Source: Candidatus Hadarchaeales archaeon (GTDB taxonomy: Archaea; Hadarchaeota; Hadarchaeia; Hadarchaeales; Hadarchaeaceae). From it: DNA of 64,000 bases. Below, in pieces: positions 21,055 to 32,053 of the stretch. The position numbers were made by a program, and so were the translations under genes. The stretch spans positions 33,820 to 97,819 of the forward strand of contig JAWCLG010000003.1 in assembly GCA_038851075.1 (NCBI GenBank), given 5' to 3'. Each line of letters starts with the position of its first letter. The first letter of the stretch is position 1. A model generated the notes under the pieces. The model did no database searches. It had not been told where the DNA came from and saw only the letters and a program-made list of their open reading frames with translations.

Positions 21055-22584
21055 TCAGGAGTAATTCTGAAGCGACTGAACGGTGGCTGGGCTTTTGGCT
21101 GCTCCATTTCCTTTAAACGGATTTATCCCCTCGTCCATGAGCCTGAGGTAGGGCTTGAGAGCACGTTTTAAAACCCGGATTATTCCATCCTTGAAAATAA
21201 TGCCCTTGAGCCCTCTTCCACCAAGATAGTCCTCAGCAAGCTTATCCACCCACCTGAAATCGTGGCGTATGCAGGCCGCCATCAGCTGCCAATGATCTGG
21301 TCTCATGTCTTTAGCAAGGAAAAACTTCTCGTTACCGAGTCCTCCCAGAGGCACCATGAAAAGCGGGACTACGAGGGACATGTAATCGTCAATTCTGTCC
21401 AACAGCTCGATGGTTTTCGCCGTATCCTCGGGAGTCTCTCCGGGAAGCCCCATTATGAGCGTGCAGCAGGGCACCCATCGATTGTCCGCAAGAACCTTGT
21501 GCGCTTCGACGACGACCTCCGGCCACTCCTCCGGTTTAAACGGCAGGGCTTTTCCGCGCATGTGCTTTTCAACTATTCTGGGTGATCCCGTTTCAAGCCC
21601 AACCTGACCGGAGATATAGGAGAGATCCTCGTCGGCCGAGGCGATCATCTCAGTTATTCTTTCGATCAGGCCGGGATTCGCCATAACTGAAGAAAATGCA
21701 AAATGAGATATCCAAACATGAGGGGTCAGCTTCAGGGCCTCTGAAAACAGTCTTATTACTCTCTCCTCGTTTGGGACAAGTCCATCGGCGCCGTACCTCA
21801 GCGTATCCTCGGCATGCAGCAATGCGCCCTCTGCCCCTCCAGCGAGGTTTATCTTTATCTCCTCCGTGATCTTCTCTATGGGCCTGCACCTGAGCTGTTT
21901 AAGGGTCGGAACGCAGAAATGACACCCTTTTCCGCACCCACGTGCGATTTCAACCAGACCGCACACCGTGGGGTTCCTTATATTGGGTATCTTCTCCAGC
22001 GGGACCACTTCACCGTGAACCACGCGTGGCACATCTTTTCCCTCCACAGCCCTGCGGAACATCTCGACTCCTGTTATTTCGCCCTCCCCAACGACGACGC
22101 AGTCTATTCCCATCTTAACGGCTATTTTTTCATCTGCCACCTGCCAGGCCCCCGGTCCGCCCACAATGACTTTGGCACCGCTGGACCTGAGAGCCGGGTC
22201 CATGATCAGTTTTCTGAAGAAAAGCGCTGAATACGTCTCTCTGCCGATTATGCTGCTGAAAGTAGAGGAAGCAGGGCCCAGGCCTAGCGGGTCATTCGCT
22301 GTGATCCCAACAACCTTCGTGTCCGGGCCTATAACTTTATCGAGATGCTCGGGATGGGCCACCTTTACATCGAAACCCTGCTCTAAGAGGGCCGCCTCCA
22401 TTTTTCTCAAACCGCAAGGGGCGCGCTTTGCTATCCCATTTTCCTTAGGGACCGAAGGACACAGAATTTTTTTGTACAGCCACTCGTCGAGCAAAGTCGG
22501 AGCGCAGGCCGCAAACCCTAAAAATATTCCCCCACCGTACTCTGACATCAGCGAACGGTCGGCAGTGAGGACTATCTGGCTCAT
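21055..22584 (-). CDS. B12-binding-domain radical SAM protein
   Basis: The CGKGCHFCVP motif fits CxxxCxxC. The N-terminal IVLTADRSLMSEYGGGIFLGF...APCGLRKMEAAL pattern is typical of the archaeal B12/rSAM family (MJ_1487/MJ_0865-like, from memory). Confidence 0.8.
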   Translation of the reverse strand: MSQIVLTADRSLMSEYGGGIFLGFAACAPTLLDEWLYKKILCPSVPKENGIAKRAPCGLRKMEAALLEQGFDVKVAHPEHLDKVIGPDTKVVGITANDPLGLGPASSTFSSIIGRETYSALFFRKLIMDPALRSSGAKVIVGGPGAWQVADEKIAVKMGIDCVVVGEGEITGVEMFRRAVEGKDVPRVVHGEVVPLEKIPNIRNPTVCGLVEIARGCGKGCHFCVPTLKQLRCRPIEKITEEIKINLAGGAEGALLHAEDTLRYGADGLVPNEERVIRLFSEALKLTPHVWISHFAFSSVMANPGLIERITEMIASADEDLSYISGQVGLETGSPRIVEKHMRGKALPFKPEEWPEVVVEAHKVLADNRWVPCCTLIMGLPGETPEDTAKTIELLDRIDDYMSLVVPLFMVPLGGLGNEKFFLAKDMRPDHWQLMAACIRHDFRWVDKLAEDYLGGRGLKGIIFKDGIIRVLKRALKPYLRLMDEGINPFKGNGAAKSPATVQSLQNYS

Positions 22585-22667
22585 GATTTATCCTCCAGCA
22601 ATATGTACTTTTTATTACATACAAGCGTAGAGATACATTATATATAATCGTTTCCTAAAAAACAACG

Positions 22668-22961
22668 ATGCCCATGAGGCCAAAGTTTACAGCGAGAGCA
22701 TCAAACCTTTTCGGAATACGCGGTTGCGGGAGACGGATCATGGAGCTCTTAGAAGAGAGAAGAAGCGGGCTCACGATCACGGATCTGCTGAAGCTAACAA
22801 AAAGATCTGAGCGAAGCATCAGGAAACACATCAAAAGGCTGAAGGAACTCAATTTGATAAAAACCGTTGAGACAAAAACAGAAAACAACCGCAGAGCCCA
22901 CCTTTACGTTTCATCCTCTCCGGATGAAGTAATTCTATCTCTAAAAAGACTGTTGGGTTAA
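22668..22961 (+). CDS. Small wHTH transcriptional regulator (ArsR/TrmB-like)
   Basis: ELLEERRSGLTITDLLKLTKRSERSIRKHIKRLKELNLIKTVE is a classic winged-helix segment. The true start is possibly the ATG at 22740. Confidence 0.55.
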   Translation: MPMRPKFTARASNLFGIRGCGRRIMELLEERRSGLTITDLLKLTKRSERSIRKHIKRLKELNLIKTVETKTENNRRAHLYVSSSPDEVILSLKRLLG

Positions 22962-22988
22962 AGATCAGGTCTTTTACGGAGGGAAACA

Positions 22989-25241
22989 GTGGAGAGGAGA
23001 TTGTCTGAAATCGCCATCAAAAGGCCATCCCTAACCGTGCTCACCGTGATTCTTGTCACCGTCATCATGACATACGGATTAAGCAAAGTTTCAATGACGA
23101 CCGAGTTCAAGGAATTTTTACCAAGCGAATCACCCGCCGTCATCACAACCGAGGAGTTTGAAAACAAGTTCGGAAGTGCAACTGAGCTCATCCTCGTAAG
23201 GGGCGAAAATGTTCTTGAACCTAGGGTATTTCGTGCAATGCTTGACCTCGAGAACCTGATAAAGACGGAAATCGATAACTATGTGGCAAACACGACCTCC
23301 TACGCCAGCCTTCTGGCAGAGGGTATTCCCGGAGTTATTGATGAGACTCCGGACTCCAGTCTGGAACTCATTATAACAAGCGCGTTTTCTGGCCAACAGG
23401 CTCCTAGGATGAAGGGCTTTGTAAATGACAACCGAACTGTGGCTCTCATCACAGTGTCAACATCTCCTGGAATGTCAAAAGATGAACGAAACAAAAAAAC
23501 AGAGACCTTCGTGAAGCTCGTGATGGAATTTGATGAAAACAGGGATGAGGTCGAACTGGAGGTTACCGGAGACCTAGTCGTTAGCAACGAAATTTACGGG
23601 CTCATGAACAGAGATAATAAAGTCCTGATTCCGGCTGCAGCTGTTCTCGTCCTTGTCATCCTGATCCTGACATTCAAGAGATTTTCAGACATAGGTATAT
23701 CGCTACTAACCGTCGGACTCAGCGCACTTTATGCGGTTGGGACAATGGGACTTCTCGAGATGAAATTTACGATGATTCACGTCGCGCTGATACCCCTTAT
23801 CCTCGGCCTCGGTATCGATTACTCGATCCACATGCTGAACAGATACTATGAGGAACTCGGAAAAAACGGATCGTGCAAAAAGGCCGTCAGCTCCTCAATA
23901 AGAACCACCGGGCTGGCGGTTGTCCTCGCTGCGTTGACAACCATTATCGGTTTTGGATCCTTCATGGCCTCCGAACTTCCTGCCATAGGAACGCTGGGCG
24001 TGTTCGCCGGACTTGGAATAGGGTTCTCATTTCTGCTGGCCACATGCTTCTTGCCGGCCGTACTTGTTCTCCGCGGAGATAGACCAAGAGAAATAAAGAA
24101 AGCGGAGAGAGGCAGAACAATCGACAGGGTGCTCGGCAAGGCCGCCAGAGCATCTGAGACCCATGGAAAATTCCTTGTATGCGCGGCTGTTCTGGTCACT
24201 CTCCTGTGTGCGTTCTGGGCATCCGACGTTTCAACAGAAATGTCCTTCAAAACTTTCCTGCCGTCAGATGTTCCATCCATGGTCGCGCTGGACCATCTCT
24301 CAGATGAATTTGGAGGCAGATATGTGATGGTTGTGCTGGTCCACGGTGACTGCAGGGACCCGAAAGCTCTCCATGACATTTTCATGGTGGAAAACGCGGC
24401 TGCGGAAAGAAGCGAGATTATAACTGGCACGCTCAGCATCGCCGGCACCGTGAAAACCATGGCACAGCAGATATACGGAGACGTGCCGCTTGAAAATCTC
24501 ACAGAGGAGCAAATAGATTCGCTCATAGCGCTTATAGAAAACGAGGAGCTGTCAAAACTCGTCAAGGATAACACATCGGTCATATACTTCTACATCAACG
24601 CAAAAACCGACAAAGAGATGGCCAGGGCAAGCGGGGTCGTGAGGGATGTTATAATGGAGGAAAACCGTGCTGTCGAGATGACCGTTAAAGGGAAACCAGC
24701 GGTTGGAGGACTGCCAGTCATAATTGGGGATATATCGGAGTCAATCTCATCGGGAATGATGAGAACCACAATTATTTCAATTCTGCTATGCCTTTTGGTC
24801 ATCGTGCTTGCCCTGAAGTCCGCTGTTCTGGGAATAATTGCGCTGATGCCACTTGTTCTGACAATGGTCTGGGAATTCGGTGCCCTGAAATTCATGGGAT
24901 GGTCGCTGGACATTCTCACAATGGGGATATCGTCACTTGTGATAGGGGTCGGAATAGACTATGGAATACACATAGTGCACAGATTTTTGGAGGAGAGGAG
25001 AAAAGGCGGTGAAAGAGCGGCCAGCGTGCATCTCGCGGTAACGCATGTAGGGAGGGCGATTGCAGCTGCGGCCGCTACGACGGTCGGAGTATTCGGCGTT
25101 CTTGCGCTATCGCGCATGCCCGCCGTGGCGAGATTCGGAACGCTGACCGCGCTGCTGATACTGTTCGCATTTATAGCCGCAATCCTTGTCATGCCCTCAA
25201 TGCTGTCTCTCTGGACAAAAAGAAAGGAAGGTCGTGGCTGA
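22989..25241 (+). CDS. RND-superfamily exporter (MMPL/HAE3-like), 12-TM with two extracytoplasmic loops
   Basis: 750 aa with two homologous halves. Each half has a large loop followed by a TM bundle, and the GLGIDYSIH / GVGIDYGIH motifs are typical of MMPL/HAE3. Confidence 0.8.
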   Translation: MERRLSEIAIKRPSLTVLTVILVTVIMTYGLSKVSMTTEFKEFLPSESPAVITTEEFENKFGSATELILVRGENVLEPRVFRAMLDLENLIKTEIDNYVANTTSYASLLAEGIPGVIDETPDSSLELIITSAFSGQQAPRMKGFVNDNRTVALITVSTSPGMSKDERNKKTETFVKLVMEFDENRDEVELEVTGDLVVSNEIYGLMNRDNKVLIPAAAVLVLVILILTFKRFSDIGISLLTVGLSALYAVGTMGLLEMKFTMIHVALIPLILGLGIDYSIHMLNRYYEELGKNGSCKKAVSSSIRTTGLAVVLAALTTIIGFGSFMASELPAIGTLGVFAGLGIGFSFLLATCFLPAVLVLRGDRPREIKKAERGRTIDRVLGKAARASETHGKFLVCAAVLVTLLCAFWASDVSTEMSFKTFLPSDVPSMVALDHLSDEFGGRYVMVVLVHGDCRDPKALHDIFMVENAAAERSEIITGTLSIAGTVKTMAQQIYGDVPLENLTEEQIDSLIALIENEELSKLVKDNTSVIYFYINAKTDKEMARASGVVRDVIMEENRAVEMTVKGKPAVGGLPVIIGDISESISSGMMRTTIISILLCLLVIVLALKSAVLGIIALMPLVLTMVWEFGALKFMGWSLDILTMGISSLVIGVGIDYGIHIVHRFLEERRKGGERAASVHLAVTHVGRAIAAAAATTVGVFGVLALSRMPAVARFGTLTALLILFAFIAAILVMPSMLSLWTKRKEGRG

Positions 25242-25311
25242 CCACGCAGTTTGACTCGAGCAATCCGAAAATTGCTTAAGCAAAAGCGGATAATTATTTG
25301 AAGGGAGCCTC

Positions 25312-26883
25312 ATGAAGACCATAGCGGATGAGCTGTTCAAGGAGTTCAGAGAACACAGCGTCAGCGAGTTTTTCAGGAAAAACGCGGCGATGTTGGGCTA
25401 CACCGGAAAGATAAGGTCGCTCACAACCATCGTGCATGAAGGTGTGACGAACAGCATCGACTCCGCAGAGGAGTCGAGCATACTGCCCAAGATTTACGTC
25501 GCTATAAAAAGAGTTGATGATGATCCAGAGCACCTCAAGGTTATTATAGAGGACAATGCCTCCGGAATACCAGAGCAATATATCCCCGATGTCTTCGGGA
25601 AGATGCTTGCGGGAACGAAGCTCCACCGCCACATGCAGCAGCGCGGACAGCAGGGGATCGGCGTGAGCGGAGCGTGCATGTTCGCCCAGATCACCAGCGG
25701 AAAACCGGCGACCGTGATTACATCAACAGGAAACGGTGAAACAACGCGAATGGATGTGATGATCGATGTCGACAAGAACAGGGGCAAGGTCCTGAAAAGC
25801 GAAAAAATTAAGGGCAAATGGCGTGGCACAAGAATTGAACTTGAAGTCAAAGAAGTTGCATACATGCGCTCCAGATACGGTCCATTCAACTACCTCAGGA
25901 TGACTGCAATAGCCAATCCACACGTGCACATAACATTTGTGGAGCCAGATGGAGTAATGACCGTTTTCGAGAATGCCGTTGACAAAATACCTGACCGCCC
26001 TAAACCCATGCCGCTTCATCCATGGGGCATAATGGCGGATGACCTGCTCATGCTCGCCAAGAGAACCAAAGCGAGAACACTGGTGACTTTCCTGTCAACC
26101 GAACTCTCCAGGGTCAGTAAGAATAAAGCGGAGGAGACCTGCAGCATTGCCGGAGTATCACCTGATAAAAAACCCCTCGAGCTCACATGGGAAGACGCCG
26201 AGCGGATAGTTTCCGCTTTCAAAAGGGTTAAACTGCTCGCACCGCCAACATCCGGACTCCGGCCGATCGGTGCATCAGATGTGGAAAAAGGAATAAAAAA
26301 GATACTCAATCCGGAATTCGTTTACGCGTCCACCCGGCCTCCGAGGGTTTACCGCGGGGGTCTGCCATTCATTGTCGAGGCTGGGATCGCGTACGGAGGA
26401 AACGCGGGGAAAACTGCGGAAGGGAAGAACGAAGATGGAGAAGGGGAAACTGGAATGGATTTAATAAGGTTCGCTAACCGCGCGCCGCTCGTGTTCGACC
26501 AAGGAGGATGTGCGATAACCGCCGCGGTCAAAAACATAGACTGGAGGAGATACGGCGTGGATCCAGACAACGCGCCCATCACGCTGTTCGTCAATGTCTC
26601 GTCGGCATATGTCCCGTACACCTCCGCCGGTAAACAGTCTATAGCTGATGAGCCGGAGGTTATTGAGGAGATAAGGGCGGCGATAATGGAGGTTGCAAGG
26701 GAACTCAGAAAATATCTCTACCGCAAGATAAGGTCCAGGGAAAAACAGGAGCGCGCTGGGGTGTTCGAGCGCTACCTGCCGGTCATCGCAAAAAAAGCCG
26801 CAAGACTGGCAGGTGTGAACGAGCCGAACATCAAACCTCTCCTGAAAAAAATAACCGGTGTGGAATATGACGAAGAAAGATAA
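25312..26883 (+). CDS. top6B: DNA topoisomerase VI subunit B
   Basis: GHKL ATPase motifs ([32 protein letters not shown]) and full length. Confidence 0.95.
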   Translation: MKTIADELFKEFREHSVSEFFRKNAAMLGYTGKIRSLTTIVHEGVTNSIDSAEESSILPKIYVAIKRVDDDPEHLKVIIEDNASGIPEQYIPDVFGKMLAGTKLHRHMQQRGQQGIGVSGACMFAQITSGKPATVITSTGNGETTRMDVMIDVDKNRGKVLKSEKIKGKWRGTRIELEVKEVAYMRSRYGPFNYLRMTAIANPHVHITFVEPDGVMTVFENAVDKIPDRPKPMPLHPWGIMADDLLMLAKRTKARTLVTFLSTELSRVSKNKAEETCSIAGVSPDKKPLELTWEDAERIVSAFKRVKLLAPPTSGLRPIGASDVEKGIKKILNPEFVYASTRPPRVYRGGLPFIVEAGIAYGGNAGKTAEGKNEDGEGETGMDLIRFANRAPLVFDQGGCAITAAVKNIDWRRYGVDPDNAPITLFVNVSSAYVPYTSAGKQSIADEPEVIEEIRAAIMEVARELRKYLYRKIRSREKQERAGVFERYLPVIAKKAARLAGVNEPNIKPLLKKITGVEYDEER

Positions 26884-27973
26884 ACCGGAAAACGTCCACG
26901 CAAGAAAAACTATCGAAAAGCTAGCAGAGCTCGGAAAAACTGTTCTGAGCGATATAGAGAAGGCACAGCCGCCCAAGCTAAAGATACCATCACGGAGCAC
27001 ATCGAACATAATATACGACGAGAAAAACAGATACTTCGTGCTAGGTCCACGCTACGGCATACGCACAGCGGCCAGCATGAAACAGGTGAAAAAGTTCGCA
27101 CAGCTGCTATGCACTGCGGAGTTTGCCAAAGAGCTCATCGAAAGCTCCAAGTTTGCCACACTGAGGGAGATGTATTACACTGCGGAGGGCTGGGAGACCG
27201 GTCCGTTCCGTGATCAGGGCGAGTCCGATCTAATGGTTGAGGACCTTGAAGCCGTTTTCGGAATAAAGAGGGAGAGCATGGGGCTTGTTCCTGAAGAGGA
27301 CGGTGCGGCGGTATACGGCCAGATCACCGTGAGGGAAGGCGACGCTGTGATTGACGCCACGAAAGCAGGTCGGGGGGGTTACACCATACCTCCTACGATA
27401 GACGATGTGGAGTTCCTGAAGTGCAAAGCGAGGCGCGTCATTGCCATAGAAACTATGGGTATGTACCACAGGTTCGTTCAGGAGGAAGCGTGGAAAAAAT
27501 TCGACGCGCTCATAGTGGGGCTGAAAGGTCAGGCCGCGAGGGCGACGAGGAGATTCCTAAAAAGAGTCAACGAAGAATTAAAGTTGCCTGTATATCTCTT
27601 CTGCGACGGAGATCCGTTCGGATACCACATAGGGATGGTTGTGATCTCAGGCAGCGCGAAACTGGCCTATATAAACCACGAACTCGCAGTGCCCGATGCC
27701 AAGTACATCGGCGTAACGGCAAGCGACATCATAAAGTACGATCTGCCCACCGACAAGCTACGCGAGCTCGACATGGCCCGTCTAAAACAGCTGCTAAAGG
27801 ACCCGAGATACAACACGGAGTTCTGGCAGGGTGAAATAAAGAAGATGATGGAGCTCGGCAAAAAAGCTGAGCAGCAGGCTTTTGCAAAATACGGCCTGGC
27901 ATACGTGGTCAAGGAGTACCTGCCCGCGAAGCTTAAGGAAGTAGAAGGTCAGGAATTCTTGGGCAAATCCTGA
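26867..27973 (+). CDS. top6A: DNA topoisomerase VI subunit A (Spo11 homolog)
   Basis: The catalytic Tyr region [11 protein letters not shown] and the Toprim segment [13 protein letters not shown]...[12 protein letters not shown] are present. I chose the ATG at 26867, overlapping the top6B end. Confidence 0.95.
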   Translation: MTKKDKPENVHARKTIEKLAELGKTVLSDIEKAQPPKLKIPSRSTSNIIYDEKNRYFVLGPRYGIRTAASMKQVKKFAQLLCTAEFAKELIESSKFATLREMYYTAEGWETGPFRDQGESDLMVEDLEAVFGIKRESMGLVPEEDGAAVYGQITVREGDAVIDATKAGRGGYTIPPTIDDVEFLKCKARRVIAIETMGMYHRFVQEEAWKKFDALIVGLKGQAARATRRFLKRVNEELKLPVYLFCDGDPFGYHIGMVVISGSAKLAYINHELAVPDAKYIGVTASDIIKYDLPTDKLRELDMARLKQLLKDPRYNTEFWQGEIKKMMELGKKAEQQAFAKYGLAYVVKEYLPAKLKEVEGQEFLGKS

Positions 27974-27974
27974 T

Positions 27975-29831
27975 TCATTTTGATAGATCTATGACAACGT
28001 AGTAAAGGTTTCCCTCAACTTTGTACCTCATCGGATGACCGCACTTTTTAAATATGTGCATCATCTTGGCGTTGTTCACAGCGACCCAAGCGATGAAGCT
28101 CTTGATTCCTTTTTTTGCAGCTATTTCCGTCAGATAATTCAAAAGCCTTGTCCCGAGCCCCCTGTTCTGCCAGTCGTCTCTCACAAGAAATGAAACCTCT
28201 GCAGTGTCAGTCCCTGGAATCTTAACGTAACTTCCAATCCCGACCATCGCCTCAACACCATTTTGCTCGATGACCGCAACTATGGCCATCTCATTTTCAT
28301 AATCCACGGTGACATATGGCCAAACCCTTTTTATTGGCATTGACTTCAGAGACCCAAGAAAACGGGTGTTCACGCTTTCCTTCGAAAGAGCGTAGAAAAG
28401 ATGCTGTTTAAGTGTCGCGTCGGAGGTTTTTATCGGTCTCAGGAGAACACGGGTTCCGTCCTGCAAAGACACCACTCTCTTTAGATCATCAGGATATTCT
28501 GCATCAGGGAAAGGAAGGACCTCCTCGGGCACTAACTTTTTTTCCTTTGCCCATTCCAAGAGGTGATTTCTGAACTTTGGATGTGCCACGTTAATAAGCG
28601 CAAGCGCACGCTCTTTAATCGTCTTTTCCCTCAATGAAGCCACGCCGTATTCGGTGATAACAAAGTCCACGTCTCCCCTCGTCAGCACCACCCCTGCCCC
28701 CTCGCTCAGCGTGGGTTTTATTCTTGAATACTCCCCCTCCTTCGCGGTAGAAGGAAATACCGTTATCGCTTTGCCTCCTCTTGACCTGATTGCTCCACGA
28801 ACAAAATCTGCCTGTCCCCCAAGTCCGCTGTAAAACCTGTAACCTATGGAGTCTGCACAAACCTGCCCCGTCAGATCCACCTCAAGCGCCTGATTTATCG
28901 CGACCATCTTATCATGCTGGCTTATCACGAAAGGATCGTTAACGTAATCAGACTCATAGAATTCCACCATCGGATTGTTGTCTATAAAGTCATAGAGCCT
29001 GCGCGTTCCCATCGCAAAGGAAGCGATGATCTTGCCTTTGTTTATTGTCTTTTTCTCGCAGGTGACCACTCCCTCCTCGACAAGATCAACCACGCCCTCC
29101 GTGAGCAGCTCGGTGTGTATTCCAAGGTCCTTTTTACCTTTAAGCGCCCCAAGAATTGCATTTGGAACCGTTCCGATACCAACCTGAAGCGTTGACCCGT
29201 CATCGATAAGATCCGAAACATACTTTGCAATCCTATCGGAGACTATATCTCCCTCCGAAGGCTGAAGTTCCAGAATGGGCTCATCGTGTTCAACGAATGC
29301 ATCAATCTCAGAAACGTGAACAAAGCTGTCGCCCAGAACCCTAGGCATGTGCCGGTTGACCTGGGCTATTACCAGCTTCGCGACCTTTGTGGCTGTTTTG
29401 GTTATCTCAACTGAAACTCCCAAGCTGCAAAACCCGTGCTCATCTGGAGGAGTAACTTGTATCAAAGCCACATCTATTGGAACCATGCCCCTTAAAATGA
29501 GTTTAGGGAGCTCTGAAAGAAAAACCGGAGTATAATCCGCCCTGCCTTCGGCCACGGCTTCTCTTGCATTAACTCCAACAAAAAAGGCGTTTAACCTGAA
29601 CCTTTCAGAATATCTCGGCTCAGCATAGGGCGCAACTCCAAGTGTATGAACGTGCAGAATTTCATTGTCTGAAAGATGATCTGCTTTTTCAACAAGACCC
29701 CTCACGAGATACTGTGGCTCTCCGCACGCTGACCCTATGAATATATGGTCCCCGGTCTTTACCATGCCTAGGGCCTCAACGAGACTCATTTTTCTCCTTT
29801 CATATGATTCCAGATTGTCACGAGAATCCAA
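27975..29831 (-). CDS. Acetyl-CoA hydrolase/CoA-transferase family domain fused to a C-terminal GNAT acetyltransferase domain
   Basis: The N-terminal ~460 aa carry YSGLGGQADFVRGA, the 4-hydroxybutyrate/acetate CoA-transferase signature. The C-terminal ~150 aa carry VRDDWQNRGLGTRLLNYLTEIAAKKG, the GNAT motif A (Q/RxxGxG/A). Confidence 0.8.
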   Translation of the reverse strand: MDSRDNLESYERRKMSLVEALGMVKTGDHIFIGSACGEPQYLVRGLVEKADHLSDNEILHVHTLGVAPYAEPRYSERFRLNAFFVGVNAREAVAEGRADYTPVFLSELPKLILRGMVPIDVALIQVTPPDEHGFCSLGVSVEITKTATKVAKLVIAQVNRHMPRVLGDSFVHVSEIDAFVEHDEPILELQPSEGDIVSDRIAKYVSDLIDDGSTLQVGIGTVPNAILGALKGKKDLGIHTELLTEGVVDLVEEGVVTCEKKTINKGKIIASFAMGTRRLYDFIDNNPMVEFYESDYVNDPFVISQHDKMVAINQALEVDLTGQVCADSIGYRFYSGLGGQADFVRGAIRSRGGKAITVFPSTAKEGEYSRIKPTLSEGAGVVLTRGDVDFVITEYGVASLREKTIKERALALINVAHPKFRNHLLEWAKEKKLVPEEVLPFPDAEYPDDLKRVVSLQDGTRVLLRPIKTSDATLKQHLFYALSKESVNTRFLGSLKSMPIKRVWPYVTVDYENEMAIVAVIEQNGVEAMVGIGSYVKIPGTDTAEVSFLVRDDWQNRGLGTRLLNYLTEIAAKKGIKSFIAWVAVNNAKMMHIFKKCGHPMRYKVEGNLYYVVIDLSK

Positions 29832-29940
29832 CCTAACCCCCTCCTAACTGATAAATCGGGTGAAATATCAACCTACCGCTATCCTGCTTCCGAGGATAAT
29901 TAAATAATACTCGGACGCCATCCTTTCAGGGGGAAAAAAT

Positions 29941-32037
29941 ATGGGCATGGAGTATATGCTCAGTCCTAAATCGGTTGCAGTCATAGGTGCAAGCAGGGAA
30001 CCCGATAAAGTCGGCTACAGAGTGCTGAAGAACATTGTCGAAGGTGGGTTTGGCGGCGGAGTATATCCAGTCAATCCCAATGCGGAAGAGATACTTGGCC
30101 TGAAATGTTTCAAAAATGTAGTCGATGTTCCTGATGATATCGACCTTGCGATAATATCGGTCCCGGCAAAAATAGTTCCATCTGTTGCAAGAGAATGCGG
30201 AAACAAGGGTGTGAAGGGGCTCGTCGTCATATCAGCTGGGTTTGGAGAAACCGGTGCCGAAGGTCTCAGGCTTGAGAGGGAACTGGCTAACACGTGCAAG
30301 GAGTATGGAATGCGCCTTCAGGGACCAAACTGTCTGGGAACGATAAACACCAGATTGAGGCTGAACGCCACATTCTCCAAGACCACTCCAATAAGTGGAA
30401 AGGTCGCGCTGTTATCACAGAGCGGTGCTCTAGGAAGCGCCATGCTGAACTGGGCGCTTGACAAAGGTGTGGGTTTCACCAACTTTGTGAGCTTGGGAAA
30501 TGAGGTTGACCTGACTGCTGCTGACTTTCTAGAGATGCTTGAAAACGATGATTCCACCAAAGCGATTGGGATGTATATCGAGGGGGTTAAGGACGGGCGA
30601 AGATTCATTAAAATATGCAGGAAAGTTTCACGCAAGAAACCGATCATCGTTCTCAAATCCGGAACGACAGAAACCGGAATAAAAGCCGTTTCGTCTCACA
30701 CCGGGTCCCTTGCAGGGTCGGATGTCGCATTTACTGCGGCCTGTAAAAAGGCAGGCCTCATAAGAGTCCTCAGCCTGGAGGATCTCTTCGACCTGATCAG
30801 GGGATTTGGGTCATTCCATCTAGTGAACAGCAGTGGAGTTCTGATTGTCACAAATGGTGGAGGCCCTGGCGTTCTGGCAGCCGATACATGCGAGATGGAA
30901 TCTCTCACGGTCCCGTTGCTTGATCAGGAGATCTATATGAAACTGAGAGAAATGCTTCCGCCACACGCCACAGTGCACAACCCGGTCGACGTCCTCGGAG
31001 ATGCCGATGACGGGCGCTACAAAAATGCCCTTGAGGTCTCTTTATCTAGCACGAAAATAGGCGGAGCCATAGTCATTGTAACTCCACAGGCGATGACCCC
31101 GCTGAGGGATATAGCACGCGCTCTGGCCGAGGTGAGGAAAATCTATCCCGATAAAATAATTCTGCCAGTCTTTATGGGAGTGTCCGGAGAGCCAATCGAT
31201 ATTTTGAAGAACAACGGCCTCCCGAACTACGAGTTTCCCGAATCAGCGGTAAAGGTGATGAGCAGGATGCATCAGTATACTCAATACCGTGCTGAACGGG
31301 AAGAACCGCCCGCAACTTTTGACGATTTCGATTACTCCAGAATTAAAAGCATCATAAGCCGGGTGAAAGAAAGCGGAAGAACCGCTATGACCGTAGATGA
31401 GTGTATCGATGTCGCTAAAGCATGCAATATAAATGTGCCAGAAATTGCCATAGCGAGGAATGCAGAAGAGGCTGTTGAGATTGCCGAGCGAATTGGCTAT
31501 CCAGTAGTGATGAAGGTGATCTCTCCAGACATCTTGCACAAGACAGACATCGGAGGGGTCAAACTCAACGTTAACGGAGCAAACGATGTAAGAAAAAATT
31601 ATGAACTTATGATGAGAAAAATAAAAACAGTACTCCCAGAAAGCAGGATATCTGGAGTGATGATCTACCGGATGGCTCCTCAAGGAAAAGAGATCATAAT
31701 AGGTGCAGTCAGGGATGCTCAGTTTGGGCCAATCCTCATGTTCGGGCTAGGAGGGATATATGTTAACTTTCTAAAAGATGTGGCATATGCAATGTGTCCA
31801 ATATCATTGAATGAAGCCAGTGAACTCGTCAAAGAAACAAAAGCTTATACTCTGCTGAGAGGGGTCAGGGGCGAACCTCCATCGGACACCGCATCTGTTA
31901 TTGACACCATACTTAGAATTTCCCATCTAATCAGCACCTTCGACGATATACTTGAGATAGAGATAAATCCGACTTTTGTTTACGGGGAGGGGAAAGGATG
32001 TCTTGCAATAGATATAAGAGCAGTGGTCTCTCAGTAA
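29941..32037 (+). CDS. acd: ADP-forming acetyl-CoA synthetase (fused alpha+beta, NDP-forming acyl-CoA synthetase family)
   Basis: N-terminal CoA-binding segment VAVIGASREPDKVGYRVLKNI, succinyl-CoA-synthetase-like ligase domain with SHTGSLAG (phosphohistidine loop), and C-terminal ATP-grasp domain. Confidence 0.9.
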   Translation: MGMEYMLSPKSVAVIGASREPDKVGYRVLKNIVEGGFGGGVYPVNPNAEEILGLKCFKNVVDVPDDIDLAIISVPAKIVPSVARECGNKGVKGLVVISAGFGETGAEGLRLERELANTCKEYGMRLQGPNCLGTINTRLRLNATFSKTTPISGKVALLSQSGALGSAMLNWALDKGVGFTNFVSLGNEVDLTAADFLEMLENDDSTKAIGMYIEGVKDGRRFIKICRKVSRKKPIIVLKSGTTETGIKAVSSHTGSLAGSDVAFTAACKKAGLIRVLSLEDLFDLIRGFGSFHLVNSSGVLIVTNGGGPGVLAADTCEMESLTVPLLDQEIYMKLREMLPPHATVHNPVDVLGDADDGRYKNALEVSLSSTKIGGAIVIVTPQAMTPLRDIARALAEVRKIYPDKIILPVFMGVSGEPIDILKNNGLPNYEFPESAVKVMSRMHQYTQYRAEREEPPATFDDFDYSRIKSIISRVKESGRTAMTVDECIDVAKACNINVPEIAIARNAEEAVEIAERIGYPVVMKVISPDILHKTDIGGVKLNVNGANDVRKNYELMMRKIKTVLPESRISGVMIYRMAPQGKEIIIGAVRDAQFGPILMFGLGGIYVNFLKDVAYAMCPISLNEASELVKETKAYTLLRGVRGEPPSDTASVIDTILRISHLISTFDDILEIEINPTFVYGEGKGCLAIDIRAVVSQ

Positions 32038-32053
32038 GGAGGTGGGCTGAAGC

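Noticed and set aside
23846-24583. 245-aa minus-strand ORF inside the RND exporter gene; similarly 63271..63858 inside MarC, 26461..27009 across top6B/A, and 37258..37773 inside nadK
   Set aside because: These are antisense shadows of confidently identified genes.
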